DNA of 49,677 nt from Chitinophagaceae bacterium (GTDB lineage Bacteria > Bacteroidota > Bacteroidia > Chitinophagales > Chitinophagaceae): positions 1 to 49,677 of the forward strand of contig DASYQG010000691.1 of the NCBI GenBank assembly GCA_036005825.1, given 5' to 3'. The position numbers and the translations under genes are program-made. How positions within the stretch are numbered: the first letter of the stretch is position 1; each line of letters begins with the position of its first letter. Shown piece by piece: positions 1 through 9,522 of this stretch. Under the pieces are notes generated by a model that saw nothing but the letters and a program-made list of their open reading frames with translations, was not told the origin of the DNA and did not search any database.

Positions 1-179
1 ATGCCGATAAAATGCCAGGGTATCTCAACTTTATTTGCCAACGCTTCATACCTGCTTTTCCCGCTAAGGATTTTATTAACGATAGGCTTTATTTCGGAAA
101 GTTTATCCAGGTTGATAACACAAGTATCAAAAAGACGCTGGTATTCCGCGACAGCCTGCGGTGTAAATGAAAATGCCAT
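1..179 (-). CDS. partial CDS (first 59 codons; continues past window start); weak resemblance to COG5526-type lysozyme-family N-termini
   Basis: A minus-strand ATG at 179 opens MAFSFTPQAVAEYQRLFDTCVINLDKLSEIKPIVNKILSGKSRYEALANKVEIPWHFIG, which stays open to base 1. It reads like real protein, unlike the listed 1..204 plus-strand ORF. Confidence 0.4.
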   Translation of the reverse strand, partial: MAFSFTPQAVAEYQRLFDTCVINLDKLSEIKPIVNKILSGKSRYEALANKVEIPWHFIG

Positions 180-371
180 AGACAATGTTTTAAATTGTAA
201 ATAATTAGTTTGAAAAGAAATTTACTTGCTACTAAAACAAAGTCGGACTGAAGCGTTTCAAGAGTGCAGGTATTATTGAAGGCCTTTAGCTGATCGCTTA
301 CTATTTTCTTACTCTATGCAATATATCATAAAAAAATTCCTATACCAAAATTTTTTATAGAACACAATTCT

Positions 372-812
372 ATGAAATACTTCAATAAAATATACATAAC
401 GTATTTTTATACAGTGAATAGTAACCCAGTAATTCTTTTTGATGGTGTTTGCAATCTTTGCAGTGGCAGTGTTCAGTTCATTCTAAAAAGAGATAAGGAA
501 AAAAGATTTTCATTCGCATCTCTCCAGTCCAATTATGGGCAAAGACTTTTAAAACAATTCGAGCTTCCTGGCGACACATTCAATTCATTTATTCTTTTTC
601 AAGACGGGCAGATATTTACCCGTTCAACGGCAGCTTTAAAAATGTTCTCGCAACTAAAAGGATGGGGATGGGTGAAAATCTTTTGGATCGTTCCAAAATT
701 TATTCGTGATGCCGTTTATAATTTAATTGCAAAAAATAGGTATAAATGGTTTGGCAAAAAAGACGAATGCTGGGTACCAACACCAGAATTAAAACAAAGG
801 TTTTTAGATTAA
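372..812 (+). CDS. DCC1-like thiol-disulfide oxidoreductase (DUF393 family)
   Basis: N-terminal FDGVCNLCSGSVQFILKRDKEKRFSFASLQS carries the CxxC motif and context typical of the DCC family. Size is 146 aa. Confidence 0.8.
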   Translation: MKYFNKIYITYFYTVNSNPVILFDGVCNLCSGSVQFILKRDKEKRFSFASLQSNYGQRLLKQFELPGDTFNSFILFQDGQIFTRSTAALKMFSQLKGWGWVKIFWIVPKFIRDAVYNLIAKNRYKWFGKKDECWVPTPELKQRFLD

Positions 813-836
813 AAAAGCCCCGGTAGAAACCGGGGC
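811..836 (-). terminator. rho-independent terminator for the 860..3571 gene
   Basis: Stem gccccgg (817-823), loop tagaaa, stem ccggggc (830-836). The A-run at 811-816 is the T-run on the minus strand. It overlaps the stop codon of the DCC gene. Confidence 0.7.
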
Positions 837-859
837 ATGTGTTAATTGCCTGCTTCTAT

Positions 860-3571
860 TTAATAAGGAAGTTTAACCAATTTTATTTCTTTATGATTTT
901 TTCCCTGGATTATTCGTACAACATAAGTTCCCGGGTTATACTTCTCACCAAATTGGATATTTGAATTTGCATTTACATTTCTTGTTTCGATCACTCTTCC
1001 ATACATATCCACTACATGCATTATAATTTTTTCTTTACCTGAGTTTGTTTTTACAATCATGGTAAAATTGTTTGGGCTTGGGTTAGGTAATGCAATTACA
1101 TCAAATCCATTTTTATTCCCGACTGAACCAACTTCCAATTCTGCTTTTTGATTTGCATTTGCCGTTGTAGCATTTGTGTTTGAGTTATTAATAACAACTG
1201 TACTACTTGATCCAACAGACTGAACGGGTAGATCAGCATCGCTTGCGCCGAATTGATTGTCATAAATTATTGAGCCATTATTCTTGTTATATATCTTCAT
1301 TCTTATTTTATCTACACCGCTTCCATCAACTTGTCCGTCGGATACTGTCATGGTGAAACCGATACCGCTCTGCCCTCCTATTATTTTTCCAGTGCCTTTG
1401 AATTGTGCTATTGCATTATTGATGACGAGATAATCAAAATTCAGTGCATTGAATTCAAAATCGCCGACTTTAAATTCAAATTGTGTTTCACCTTTGGGGT
1501 TTGTTGAGTTTTTAAAATAATTCATAGCAAACCCGTAACTGGCTTTACCCATTGCATTCTGGTTTGATCGCAATGCACCTGCAGGAGATTCAAAATAACC
1601 ACCACCATAAGTGTTACCACCATTCGGATCATAAATAACAATTATAGCGTCAAGATCATTATTTGTGTTGGCATAGGAAGTAATACCTGTTTGATCTGTT
1701 ACATTCATTTGCAATTTGTAAACACCCGGGCTATTGAATTTATAATTGCCAGATACTTTTCCATTCTGATTACCTGAAGGTTCAGTAACAGTTCCATTGG
1801 TAACTGCACTTCCATCTACCAACCACTTTGCTGTATGCTTATTACCTTGTTTATCCCAAAATACTCCATTGAACGGAACAGTAGAACCAACTTTAAATGG
1901 TTGACCCGTTTGTGGTCCAGTGATGTTATGAGCAACTACTACCGTAACTGAGGTATCAACCGGTGCATTACACCCATCCGTGATTGTGATCTTGATTGTA
2001 TAATAACGAGCCTGTCCGTTATTTGCTTTTTCAGCTCTTAATCTTACATGGTGTTCATCTATTACTTCCCAATCAGGCGACTGGTCGCCATCACTACCAC
2101 CATTAACCGGATCGCTGCTACTCACACTAAGCGTACTTGTTACTCCACAATTATCAGTTGCAGTATAATTGATCGTTACATCTCTCATCTTATGATTAGG
2201 CGGCCATAGAACAACTGGAGTTGCACTAACAGAAGTTACCTTTGGCGATTCACTATCATATACATTGATAACCTGTGTACGGCTTGCTGTATTACTACAT
2301 GCATCTGTAGCGATCCATTTTCTGGTCAATGTATACCTGTTCACACATTGCACATTTGTCTTCTCTTCTGAATAGGTGATCGCTGGTGTACCACAATTGT
2401 CATACGCCGTTTGAGTTGGAATAGCCGGAATATCATTTGTACATGAAACCGTAATACCGGTTATCGGCGGTGAGTTGTCAAATACAGGTGGCTTTGTATC
2501 ATTTACTTTAATTACCTGCGAAACACTTGATGTATTACCACATACATCGGTAGCGGTCCATGTACGTGTCAACGTAAATTTATTGGCGCATTGTTGATCA
2601 GATATTACTTCCTTGAATGAAACTGTAGGAAGAGTTGCAAGGTTATAACAATTATCTTCTGCTAATAAATAAGGAGCTTCTGGAATTTCTGATGCACAAT
2701 CAACTTCGATAAACGGAGCAGGTGGATGATTAAATGTCGGACCAGTTTTATCATCTACATTGATGACCTGGGTGTAAGTCGCAGTATTTCCACATGCATC
2801 AGTTAATGTCCACGTTCTTGTCAGTGTATATTTATTTTCACAAGAGCCATCTGTTCTTACTTGTGTAAAAGTTGCCGTAATATCTTCTAGATCAGTTGGT
2901 GAACTGCAATTATCTCTTCCAGTGAAAACCGGCGCCTCGGGCACATCAGAATAGCAAGAAACAGTAAGAGGCGAAGTCGGAGGAGGTTGAATAAAATATG
3001 GTTTTTCATCATCATTTACTGTAATGATCTGTGCACAGGTACTTGTATTACCAGCTCCATCTGTAGCTTTATATGTTCGTGTGATGGTGAATTTGTTCTC
3101 ACATATTTGATTAGATCTTACATCGCTTACAAATTGTGCAACGATGTTCCCATTGGCACATGCATCCATAGCAGTAAGATCTGTGGGTAATGGGATATCC
3201 TGTGCACATTTAACTGCTAAGTTTGTCGGACACTGCAACACCGGAGGTGTTTTATCTGCTACTGTTACGGTGAAGCTACAAGTGATCGTAGGATAATTAG
3301 TCAAAGAATATACAATGGTGGTTACCCCAACAGGAAACGTTTTGCCGCTCACGCTGCCGGTTGCACTCTCGCCTGTACCCACTATAAGATAGCTATATGA
3401 AGCTCCGGCTGGTGAAATGATCGGATCAATATTATTTACTACAGCATTACATGAATTTGCAGCGGCTGGAACTGTTTGATTTGCCGGGCAAGTAATGGAT
3501 GGCGTTTGTGCCAATAGATCTGTTTGTTGTAAAAGAGATATTGCAAGCAGCATCATTATTATCTTTTTCAT
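860..3571 (-). CDS. large secreted adhesin-like protein: HYR-like domain, four Cys-containing repeats, conserved stalk module, T9SS C-terminal sorting domain
   Basis: I chose the start at MKKIIMMLLAISLLQQTDLLAQ (signal peptide) rather than the ORF start at 3640. There are four repeated C.N.(F/Y)T.TRT(W/Y).ATD..GNT units. The C-terminus ALPNPSPNNFTMIV...GTYVVRIIQGKNHKEIKLVKL is typical of a Por/T9SS CTD. Confidence 0.85.
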   Translation of the reverse strand: MKKIIMMLLAISLLQQTDLLAQTPSITCPANQTVPAAANSCNAVVNNIDPIISPAGASYSYLIVGTGESATGSVSGKTFPVGVTTIVYSLTNYPTITCSFTVTVADKTPPVLQCPTNLAVKCAQDIPLPTDLTAMDACANGNIVAQFVSDVRSNQICENKFTITRTYKATDGAGNTSTCAQIITVNDDEKPYFIQPPPTSPLTVSCYSDVPEAPVFTGRDNCSSPTDLEDITATFTQVRTDGSCENKYTLTRTWTLTDACGNTATYTQVINVDDKTGPTFNHPPAPFIEVDCASEIPEAPYLLAEDNCYNLATLPTVSFKEVISDQQCANKFTLTRTWTATDVCGNTSSVSQVIKVNDTKPPVFDNSPPITGITVSCTNDIPAIPTQTAYDNCGTPAITYSEEKTNVQCVNRYTLTRKWIATDACSNTASRTQVINVYDSESPKVTSVSATPVVLWPPNHKMRDVTINYTATDNCGVTSTLSVSSSDPVNGGSDGDQSPDWEVIDEHHVRLRAEKANNGQARYYTIKITITDGCNAPVDTSVTVVVAHNITGPQTGQPFKVGSTVPFNGVFWDKQGNKHTAKWLVDGSAVTNGTVTEPSGNQNGKVSGNYKFNSPGVYKLQMNVTDQTGITSYANTNNDLDAIIVIYDPNGGNTYGGGYFESPAGALRSNQNAMGKASYGFAMNYFKNSTNPKGETQFEFKVGDFEFNALNFDYLVINNAIAQFKGTGKIIGGQSGIGFTMTVSDGQVDGSGVDKIRMKIYNKNNGSIIYDNQFGASDADLPVQSVGSSSTVVINNSNTNATTANANQKAELEVGSVGNKNGFDVIALPNPSPNNFTMIVKTNSGKEKIIMHVVDMYGRVIETRNVNANSNIQFGEKYNPGTYVVRIIQGKNHKEIKLVKLPY
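863..2233 (-). repeat. ~1.4 kb C-terminal coding module paralogous to 5541..6929
   Basis: Runs from PPNHKM.D.T.NYT..DNC through GVYKLQMNVTDQTG, GGNTYGGGYF.SP.GAL, GKASYGFAMNYFKNST.PKGETQFEFKVG.FEFNALNF and GSGVDKIRMKIYNK.NGSIIYDNQ to the CTD. The nucleotide alignment is visibly collinear. Confidence 0.85.
2243..3250 (-). repeat. four tandem ~85-codon repeats inside the 860..3571 CDS
   Basis: Each unit reads P(P/A)..V.C..(D/E)(I/V)P..P...A.DNC.........C.N.(F/Y)T(L/I)TR(T/K)(W/Y).ATD.(C/A)(G/S)NT.....Q.I.V.D...P. This spans roughly aa 131-466 of the listed ORF. Confidence 0.8.
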
Positions 3572-3805
3572 AAGCAAGGTTTGTATGGTTAATGTTTGTG
3601 ATACAAATATGTATCGATGCAATAAAAAATGAAAAGGCATTTTAGTGGAAACCCATTTACTTTGAGCATGAAGGCAACTATCATGATTCAGGCTTGAAAA
3701 ATGTCCCCGATGTCCGCGAGAATTTCATAGTCTCCACTTTATTAAAAACGAATAGAAAAGAACCTCCATGTTTACACATGAAGGTCTTTATGATTGAACC
3801 GTCCC

Positions 3806-5191
3806 CTATTTGAAAGTGATCCTTGCCTGCTCTGTGATTGTTCTGGAGAAAATATTGTCCGCGACTTTATTTCCCTGGTAAAAGCCAGCATTAATACTTT
3901 TTTTGTAGTGAATGCCGGCATAAAATCTTGAATCGCCAGCCTCAAGCGCAACATCGTAAATAGCAGGATATGTTCTTGGAGCATAGCCAAGATAATCATA
4001 GGTATGATCCGTAAAATTTTCAACATACCCGAACAATTTTTCTATTACAAGTGCTGCAGCCATTGAAAGTGATGAGTGCGCTGATGAATATTCCGGATGA
4101 GCTGGAGTGGTCAGGAATGAATTCCATGTTGAATAACCCATTACTTCGCGGATATAGGTAATAGGACGAACAACGCTATGAATATATTTTTCTGAAAAAC
4201 AAGTGATCAAAGCATCATTGATACCCCCACCTGTAAGAGCGTAGGCCAACGCAGCTTTTTCTAATGGTGTTTGAGTTTGTTTTATCACTTGTTGTAAAAT
4301 GCTCAACCAGTGACCGGGTGAAGATACTCCGGGCACATCTCTCCAAAAATTCGCCATTGCCTTTTGATCTTCAGTTAAAACAAGTGAAGCCTCATATACT
4401 TCCTTTACCTGGCCATAAAAATCCGAGCTGGGATTAATAGAATATTGCAATGGGTACTGAGCATAGGCGTCATATGTACTGCCTTTGATAATAGTTCTGT
4501 TATCACCCCAATAAGGTGTTGCAGGATTAGCAAAAGCTGGTGGCGTTGGTTTCCACTTTCCTTCACCGGTAGGAATTGCATAAGGTGAGTTTGCACTCTT
4601 ATATCCATCGGTTTCTGACCAATTGAATACTGCTGATGCAATCTCCTTTCCATATTGAGTTGACGTAGCAATCACTTCTGCAGATTGACTGCTTAGGAAT
4701 TCATTCTTCAACGCCAGTTCAAGTGAATCAACAGCAGCTTTATCAGCAACAGTTGCATTTGGGAACATAGCTTTATTGATAGCTGCCAATGCTGCGTTTA
4801 CATTCGCAGGCAAATAAAATCTCTTAGCCTGCAAATGGCCCGGCAAACCCGTTAAGCCATTCCATTTATCTGACCATTGAGCAGTTTGTTGGCTCATTCC
4901 GGGTTTTAGCGCTTCAAACGCTGCAATACTTGAATAAGCAAAAGGTCTTGAGAAACCATGGTTAGGAGTTCCTGTTGCGTTACGCATTAATCGCAATTGC
5001 ATCGTCATCCATTTGTCCAGCACCTCAGAAGAAAATTCGGCAGGTTTTCCTTTTTGAGCGCTGAGTGTTTGGTCTTCCTGACCAAGTGGAGCCGCGCCTT
5101 TATGGCAGGCGTTGAAAACGATCAAACTCGTGATCGTGATGAGAAAGAATGAGACAATAGATTGCCTCTTCATCTTACTAGATGTTGTCAT
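3806..5191 (-). CDS. PAP2-superfamily / vanadium-dependent haloperoxidase-like lipoprotein
   Basis: C-terminal motifs PAHPEYSSAHSS and DSRFYAGIHYKKS match the PAP2 / acid phosphatase / V-haloperoxidase signatures. SPGHW is present upstream. There is a lipoprotein-type signal ending in FNAC. An alternative start is at 5173 (MKRQSIV...). Confidence 0.75.
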   Translation of the reverse strand: MTTSSKMKRQSIVSFFLITITSLIVFNACHKGAAPLGQEDQTLSAQKGKPAEFSSEVLDKWMTMQLRLMRNATGTPNHGFSRPFAYSSIAAFEALKPGMSQQTAQWSDKWNGLTGLPGHLQAKRFYLPANVNAALAAINKAMFPNATVADKAAVDSLELALKNEFLSSQSAEVIATSTQYGKEIASAVFNWSETDGYKSANSPYAIPTGEGKWKPTPPAFANPATPYWGDNRTIIKGSTYDAYAQYPLQYSINPSSDFYGQVKEVYEASLVLTEDQKAMANFWRDVPGVSSPGHWLSILQQVIKQTQTPLEKAALAYALTGGGINDALITCFSEKYIHSVVRPITYIREVMGYSTWNSFLTTPAHPEYSSAHSSLSMAAALVIEKLFGYVENFTDHTYDYLGYAPRTYPAIYDVALEAGDSRFYAGIHYKKSINAGFYQGNKVADNIFSRTITEQARITFK

Positions 5192-5482
5192 GTTGATAGG
5201 TTTAATGATTAATGAAAAATTATTAATTGATCCTGATGAAACGATATACTGCTTTGTATTTCACGTCCACTGTTTGAGTTAAAGATATTGGTGGTGTAAG
5301 TGGAGCTTTTCCACCTTTTGTTGCTATACGTTGTATATAGTCAACATCTGCAAAATTCCTGTTGGTGAATACCAGCGTGGAGAAGGTGGTTTGGTTATTA
5401 TGACCGATAATGCTGAGATCGAAGTGAGCCGCAGGAAGAAAGAGTTTTTTATGAATAAAATGAAAGAGCTTTACAAATATTG

Positions 5483-5521
5483 AAAAAACAATGCCCCGGT
5501 TTCCAGCGGGGCATTGTTTTT
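5483..5521. terminator. bidirectional-looking hairpin terminator downstream of the 5538..8780 gene
   Basis: Stem caatgccccg (5489-5498), loop gtttccag, stem cggggcattg (5507-5516). It is flanked by an A-run at 5483-5488 and a T-run at 5517-5521. Confidence 0.7.
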
Positions 5522-5537
5522 AAATGATCGCCTCTAA

Positions 5538-8500
5538 TTAGTGAGAAAGTTTTACCAGCTTTATTTCTTTGTGTTCTTTGCCTTGTAATATTCTTACAAA
5601 ATATGTTCCCGGGTTGTATCGATCGCCAAACCTGATCAGTGAATTCGCATTTACGTTTCTTGTTTCTATTATTCTTCCATACATGTCTACCACCTGCATT
5701 GTTATTTTTTCAGCTTTATCATTTCCATTCAAACTCACTGTAAAATTGTTTGTACTTGGATTTGGAAAAGCAATCACTGCAAGACCGTTTGAAACTTCTG
5801 TTGCACTTGCTTCCATTTCTGTTTTCTGATTTGTATTAGCTGAAGTAAGACTTGAATTAGTACCACTGATTACAACAGTGCTATTTAGTCCTACCGACTG
5901 TGTCGGCAACGCGGCATCACTTGCACCCGGTTGATTATCGTAAATGATCGATCCATTACTTTTGTTATATATCTTCATTCTTATCTTATCTACTCCACTT
6001 CCATCAAGTTGTCCATCAACAACGGTCATAGTAAATCCAACACCGCTTTGTCCGCCAGTTATTTTTCCAGTTCCTTTGAACTGCGCCATTGAATTACTGA
6101 TAACGAGATATTCAAAATTCAAAGCATTGAACTCAAATGTGCCTACTTTAAATTCAAACTGTGTCTCCCCCTTTGGATAAGTTGAATTCTTGAAATAATT
6201 CATCGCAAATCCATAACTGGCTTTTCCAGTAGCTGAGGGATTTGATTTCAACGCGCCTGAAGGTGAGTTGAAATATCCGCCACCATAAGTATTACCACCA
6301 TTCGGATCAAAGATCACAACGATGGCTTCCAAATCACCAGCAGTATTTGTATAATGTGTAACTCCGGTTTGATCGGTAACATTCATTTGAAGCTTATAAA
6401 CTCCCGGTGCGGTGAATTTATAGCTACCTGAGACTTTTCCATTCTTATCACCTGAGGGCTCAGTCACGATTGCCTTTACAGTTGTGTTATCATCGATCAA
6501 CCATTTAGCTGTATGTTTATTAGCTGGCTTATCCCAAAATTCTCCTTCAAAATTAATTGTAGAACCAACGATGAATGGTTTTCCGGATTGAGGGTTATTA
6601 ATATTATGTACGACTCTTACTTCTATTGAGTCTTTAGTTATTGAATTACATCCGTCATCTGCGGTCACGAGAATTTTATAAATGCGACCATTGCCGTTTG
6701 CCGCACGTTCGGCCCTTAACCGGATGTGATGGTTGTCAATTATTTCAATGTCATTATTTGTATCACCATCTCCTGTACCGTTGTCAGGCTCATTACTTGT
6801 TACAGTAAAAGTGATACCTGGAGAACTAACACAATTATCGCTAATAGTGTAATTAACAGTTATATCCTGCATTTTATGATTGGGCGGCGTTAATATTTCT
6901 TTTGAAACAGATAATCCGGTTATTTGAGGAGAAACATCATCATTGACTGTTATTACCTGCGCACATGTTGCGGTGTTGTTGTGAGCATCAGTTGCTTTAT
7001 ATGTTCGTGTTAATGTAAAACGGTTTACACAGGTTTCATTGGTCTTTACATCGCCCATATGACTTATTGTTACATCTGAGCAATTATCAATTGCAGTTAC
7101 TGAAGTAATATCAGGTGCGGGCACATCGGCCGTACATGATACAGTAATATTTCCAGGAGAACTGATAATTACTGGCCGCTGGTTATCGGTTACGATCACG
7201 AGTTGAGAACCTGTTGCTACGTTGCCTGCTGCATCATTTGCAGTCCAGGTAATAATTGTAGTGCCGACGGGGAACACATTGCCTGTTGGAAAATCGCTGT
7301 GTGAACCACTAATTGGAACGAGGCATCCCTCCACCGTAGCCGAGCCAATTAGAAGATCCGATACAACTGCTGAACAAAGACCAGGTTCAGCATTTACTCT
7401 AACCGGTGCCCGTGGAATAATTGTAACAGTATTAGCACCATTAGATTTAATAATTATTGCGCCACCGATCGCACCCGTATGAAACAGATTGTAAAGTCCG
7501 CAAAAATCTATCAATGCCGGATTGTTTGTAATAGTAATTGTGCCGACCACTAACTGAAGAGCAGATAATCCATTAAGATTCGTTAATGCATTATTATTAG
7601 TAATTTCCAGCGTATGGATCTTCGCTAGCTTCAATAGTCCATCAATATTTGGCAACAGCAGGTTATTCTTAATACGCAGAGCCTCTTTTATCAGGGCCAG
7701 CTTCGATAAGCCGCTGATATCTATTAAGGCAGGATTGCCGTCAATGACAAGGTCGCCGGAGATGGCTACAAGGGACGATAATCCATTCAGATTAGTTAGC
7801 AAGACATTGTTTCTAATTTCCAGGTTATGTTCAGCATCAATATCTGTAAGACCGGTTATGCCAGATAAACCATCCACATTTGCAAGTGACGCATTATTTA
7901 TAATTTTCAAATCGGTACAGAATGGACCGACATGGCTAAGTCCTTCAATACTGATCAAACCAGGGTTGTTCTCAATAACGATTCCGCCGTACTTAGCATC
8001 CTCAAGATTTGATAGTCCATCGAGGTTTGTTAATGCGGCATTATTTCTTATCGCAAGTCCGCCGACAAATACGACTCCTGATAGTCCATTCACATTCGTC
8101 AATGCATCATTATTATCAATTATCAAATTATCACTTGCCAAATTACTGGACAATGAACTGATAGAAGTTAAATGTGACAAACCAGCAAGGCTTGTTAAAA
8201 GAGGATTGCTGCTGACAATGAAAGAATGCTCGACAAATGTGAGTGCAGACAGCCCGTTAAGATTTGTAAGTTTTGCATTCCCGCCAATGATGAATTTTGT
8301 GGCAAAGGTCAGGCTGAACAAACCATCAACATTAAGAAGCTCATCGTTATTGTCTATTGTTAGCACATCAGCAGGAAGATTCCCGACTGTGGTCAAATTT
8401 GAAAATCCAGTAATGTTAGTCAATGTACTGTTATTCCTTATGGTAAGATTGTGCTCAACTTCTCCAAGGTTTGCCAGTCCAATAACACTCGTCAGGATTG

Positions 8501-8780
8501 GATTGTTTGATACAACCAGGTTCTGGCATTTTGTAAGCTCGGATAAGCCATTTAAATTGGCAATGTCTGCTCCGGAAATAGTAATCGTTCCGTTAACCTG
8601 AGTAAAGTTGAAAGCATTAACCTGCGCCTGGGTGCTGAGGGTAATATCTCCATTAAGCACCTGTGCATCTAATTTTGAAAATGAGAACACGAACAGTGCG
8701 AGCTGAAACGCTACTACAAAACCAACTGTTCTTGCATAAGCATTCAAAAGTGATTGCAGATAAGAATATATTTTTCTCAT
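5538..8780 (-). CDS. giant secreted LRR + HYR-like adhesin-like protein with conserved stalk module and T9SS C-terminal sorting domain
   Basis: The N-terminal ~400 aa are leucine-rich repeats (..LTNLNGLS.L..I.G.L.I..N..L). These are followed by an HYR-like segment (FPVGTTIITWTANDAAGN), one C.N.FTLTRTYKATD repeat, and then the module shared with 860..3571. It ends FPNPSTNNFTVSL...GTYFVRILQGKEHKEIKLVKL. Confidence 0.85.
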   Translation of the reverse strand: MRKIYSYLQSLLNAYARTVGFVVAFQLALFVFSFSKLDAQVLNGDITLSTQAQVNAFNFTQVNGTITISGADIANLNGLSELTKCQNLVVSNNPILTSVIGLANLGEVEHNLTIRNNSTLTNITGFSNLTTVGNLPADVLTIDNNDELLNVDGLFSLTFATKFIIGGNAKLTNLNGLSALTFVEHSFIVSSNPLLTSLAGLSHLTSISSLSSNLASDNLIIDNNDALTNVNGLSGVVFVGGLAIRNNAALTNLDGLSNLEDAKYGGIVIENNPGLISIEGLSHVGPFCTDLKIINNASLANVDGLSGITGLTDIDAEHNLEIRNNVLLTNLNGLSSLVAISGDLVIDGNPALIDISGLSKLALIKEALRIKNNLLLPNIDGLLKLAKIHTLEITNNNALTNLNGLSALQLVVGTITITNNPALIDFCGLYNLFHTGAIGGAIIIKSNGANTVTIIPRAPVRVNAEPGLCSAVVSDLLIGSATVEGCLVPISGSHSDFPTGNVFPVGTTIITWTANDAAGNVATGSQLVIVTDNQRPVIISSPGNITVSCTADVPAPDITSVTAIDNCSDVTISHMGDVKTNETCVNRFTLTRTYKATDAHNNTATCAQVITVNDDVSPQITGLSVSKEILTPPNHKMQDITVNYTISDNCVSSPGITFTVTSNEPDNGTGDGDTNNDIEIIDNHHIRLRAERAANGNGRIYKILVTADDGCNSITKDSIEVRVVHNINNPQSGKPFIVGSTINFEGEFWDKPANKHTAKWLIDDNTTVKAIVTEPSGDKNGKVSGSYKFTAPGVYKLQMNVTDQTGVTHYTNTAGDLEAIVVIFDPNGGNTYGGGYFNSPSGALKSNPSATGKASYGFAMNYFKNSTYPKGETQFEFKVGTFEFNALNFEYLVISNSMAQFKGTGKITGGQSGVGFTMTVVDGQLDGSGVDKIRMKIYNKSNGSIIYDNQPGASDAALPTQSVGLNSTVVISGTNSSLTSANTNQKTEMEASATEVSNGLAVIAFPNPSTNNFTVSLNGNDKAEKITMQVVDMYGRIIETRNVNANSLIRFGDRYNPGTYFVRILQGKEHKEIKLVKLSH
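5541..6929 (-). repeat. ~1.4 kb C-terminal coding module paralogous to 863..2233
   Basis: Same conserved motif order as 863..2233. Similarity rises toward the 3' end of the gene. Confidence 0.85.
7431..8648 (-). repeat. leucine-rich repeat array (~22-24 codon periodicity) inside the 5538..8780 CDS
   Basis: Recurring N(L/V)(N/D)GLS.L..(I/V)...L.I..N..L(T/I) units span aa ~45-450. The periodic sequence also produces the spurious antisense ORF 7735..8601. Confidence 0.8.
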
Positions 8781-8829
8781 AAAAATGGTTTTAAGTATTT
8801 CAAAATAGATCTCGTGATTTATTAATAAA

Positions 8830-9288
8830 CTAAAAGTGCCACTCTATTCGGTCAAGTAACCACCAATCTCCCTGGCGAATGAATGACCATCGAACTGAAA
8901 ATTGCTTCAGGTGGTCATTATCGACCATTTCATTTTTAATTTTTGTATCTACTTTTATGATGGCCGTAAATCTGTCTGACTTATTATTTTTTGCGGGGTA
9001 TACTTCTATTACAGCTAATTCTTTGATAACAGGTTCTTTTATTCCAAAAACTTTATTGACATCGCCTGTCTGGTTCATTTCCCTTTGCAGTTTTTCAAAA
9101 CAGGATGCTGTCATGTATTTTTCAATCATATCAATATTCCCATTGATCAAAGCTTTTTGAACGAGATAAAAAATTATTCTTGCCTGCTCTGCCATACTTC
9201 CATGATCCCATATTTTATCTTTTTGAACCAGGTGACTAAGCTTTGCGCCTGCAATAGATATTTTTATGCTTGTCCAAAATAATTTCAT
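8830..9288 (-). CDS. hypothetical protein, possibly Tim44-like domain
   Basis: 152-aa ORF with coding-like composition. The C-terminal FSVRWSFIRQGDWWLLDRIE resembles the end of bacterial Tim44-like domains. The assignment is weak. Confidence 0.45.
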   Translation of the reverse strand: MKLFWTSIKISIAGAKLSHLVQKDKIWDHGSMAEQARIIFYLVQKALINGNIDMIEKYMTASCFEKLQREMNQTGDVNKVFGIKEPVIKELAVIEVYPAKNNKSDRFTAIIKVDTKIKNEMVDNDHLKQFSVRWSFIRQGDWWLLDRIEWHF

Positions 9289-9522
9289 TTGACAATGAAT
9301 TTAGAACGGTCGACAACCGATCTAGGGTCAATTTGCACTAACGGCGCTTGTATTCTCATATGCGGTAAACCAATGCAGCGAAAAAATCTTGTACTATTTA
9401 TTCATGTATGGCGGTGTTTAATGCATGAGCGGTAGCAGGAAATTCACGTATGGCACGATAAACGTTGAAACGTTATCGATAGAGTTATTTTTAACCACAA
9501 GGGTCTAACTTTAATAAGTATA

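Noticed and set aside
1-204. 67-aa plus-strand ORF at the window start
   Set aside because: The translation looks non-protein-like (MPIKCQGISTLFANASYLLF...). The opposite strand carries a much more convincing N-terminus starting at 179, so I call the minus-strand partial gene instead.
3572-3640. N-terminal extensions of listed ORFs (also 20879..20944, 41387..41416, 44550..44624, 46885..46944)
   Set aside because: The extensions translate to non-protein-like sequence. They precede an obvious signal peptide or a conserved N-terminus, start at TTG in one case, or would overlap a neighbouring gene or terminator. Internal ATG starts were preferred.
7735-8601. 288-aa plus-strand ORF, the longest unexplained ORF in the track
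   Set aside because: It lies entirely antisense to the leucine-rich-repeat part of the 5538..8780 gene. Its Ser/Leu/Phe-rich periodic translation is the mirror image of the LRR periodicity, and it has no independent start context or terminator.
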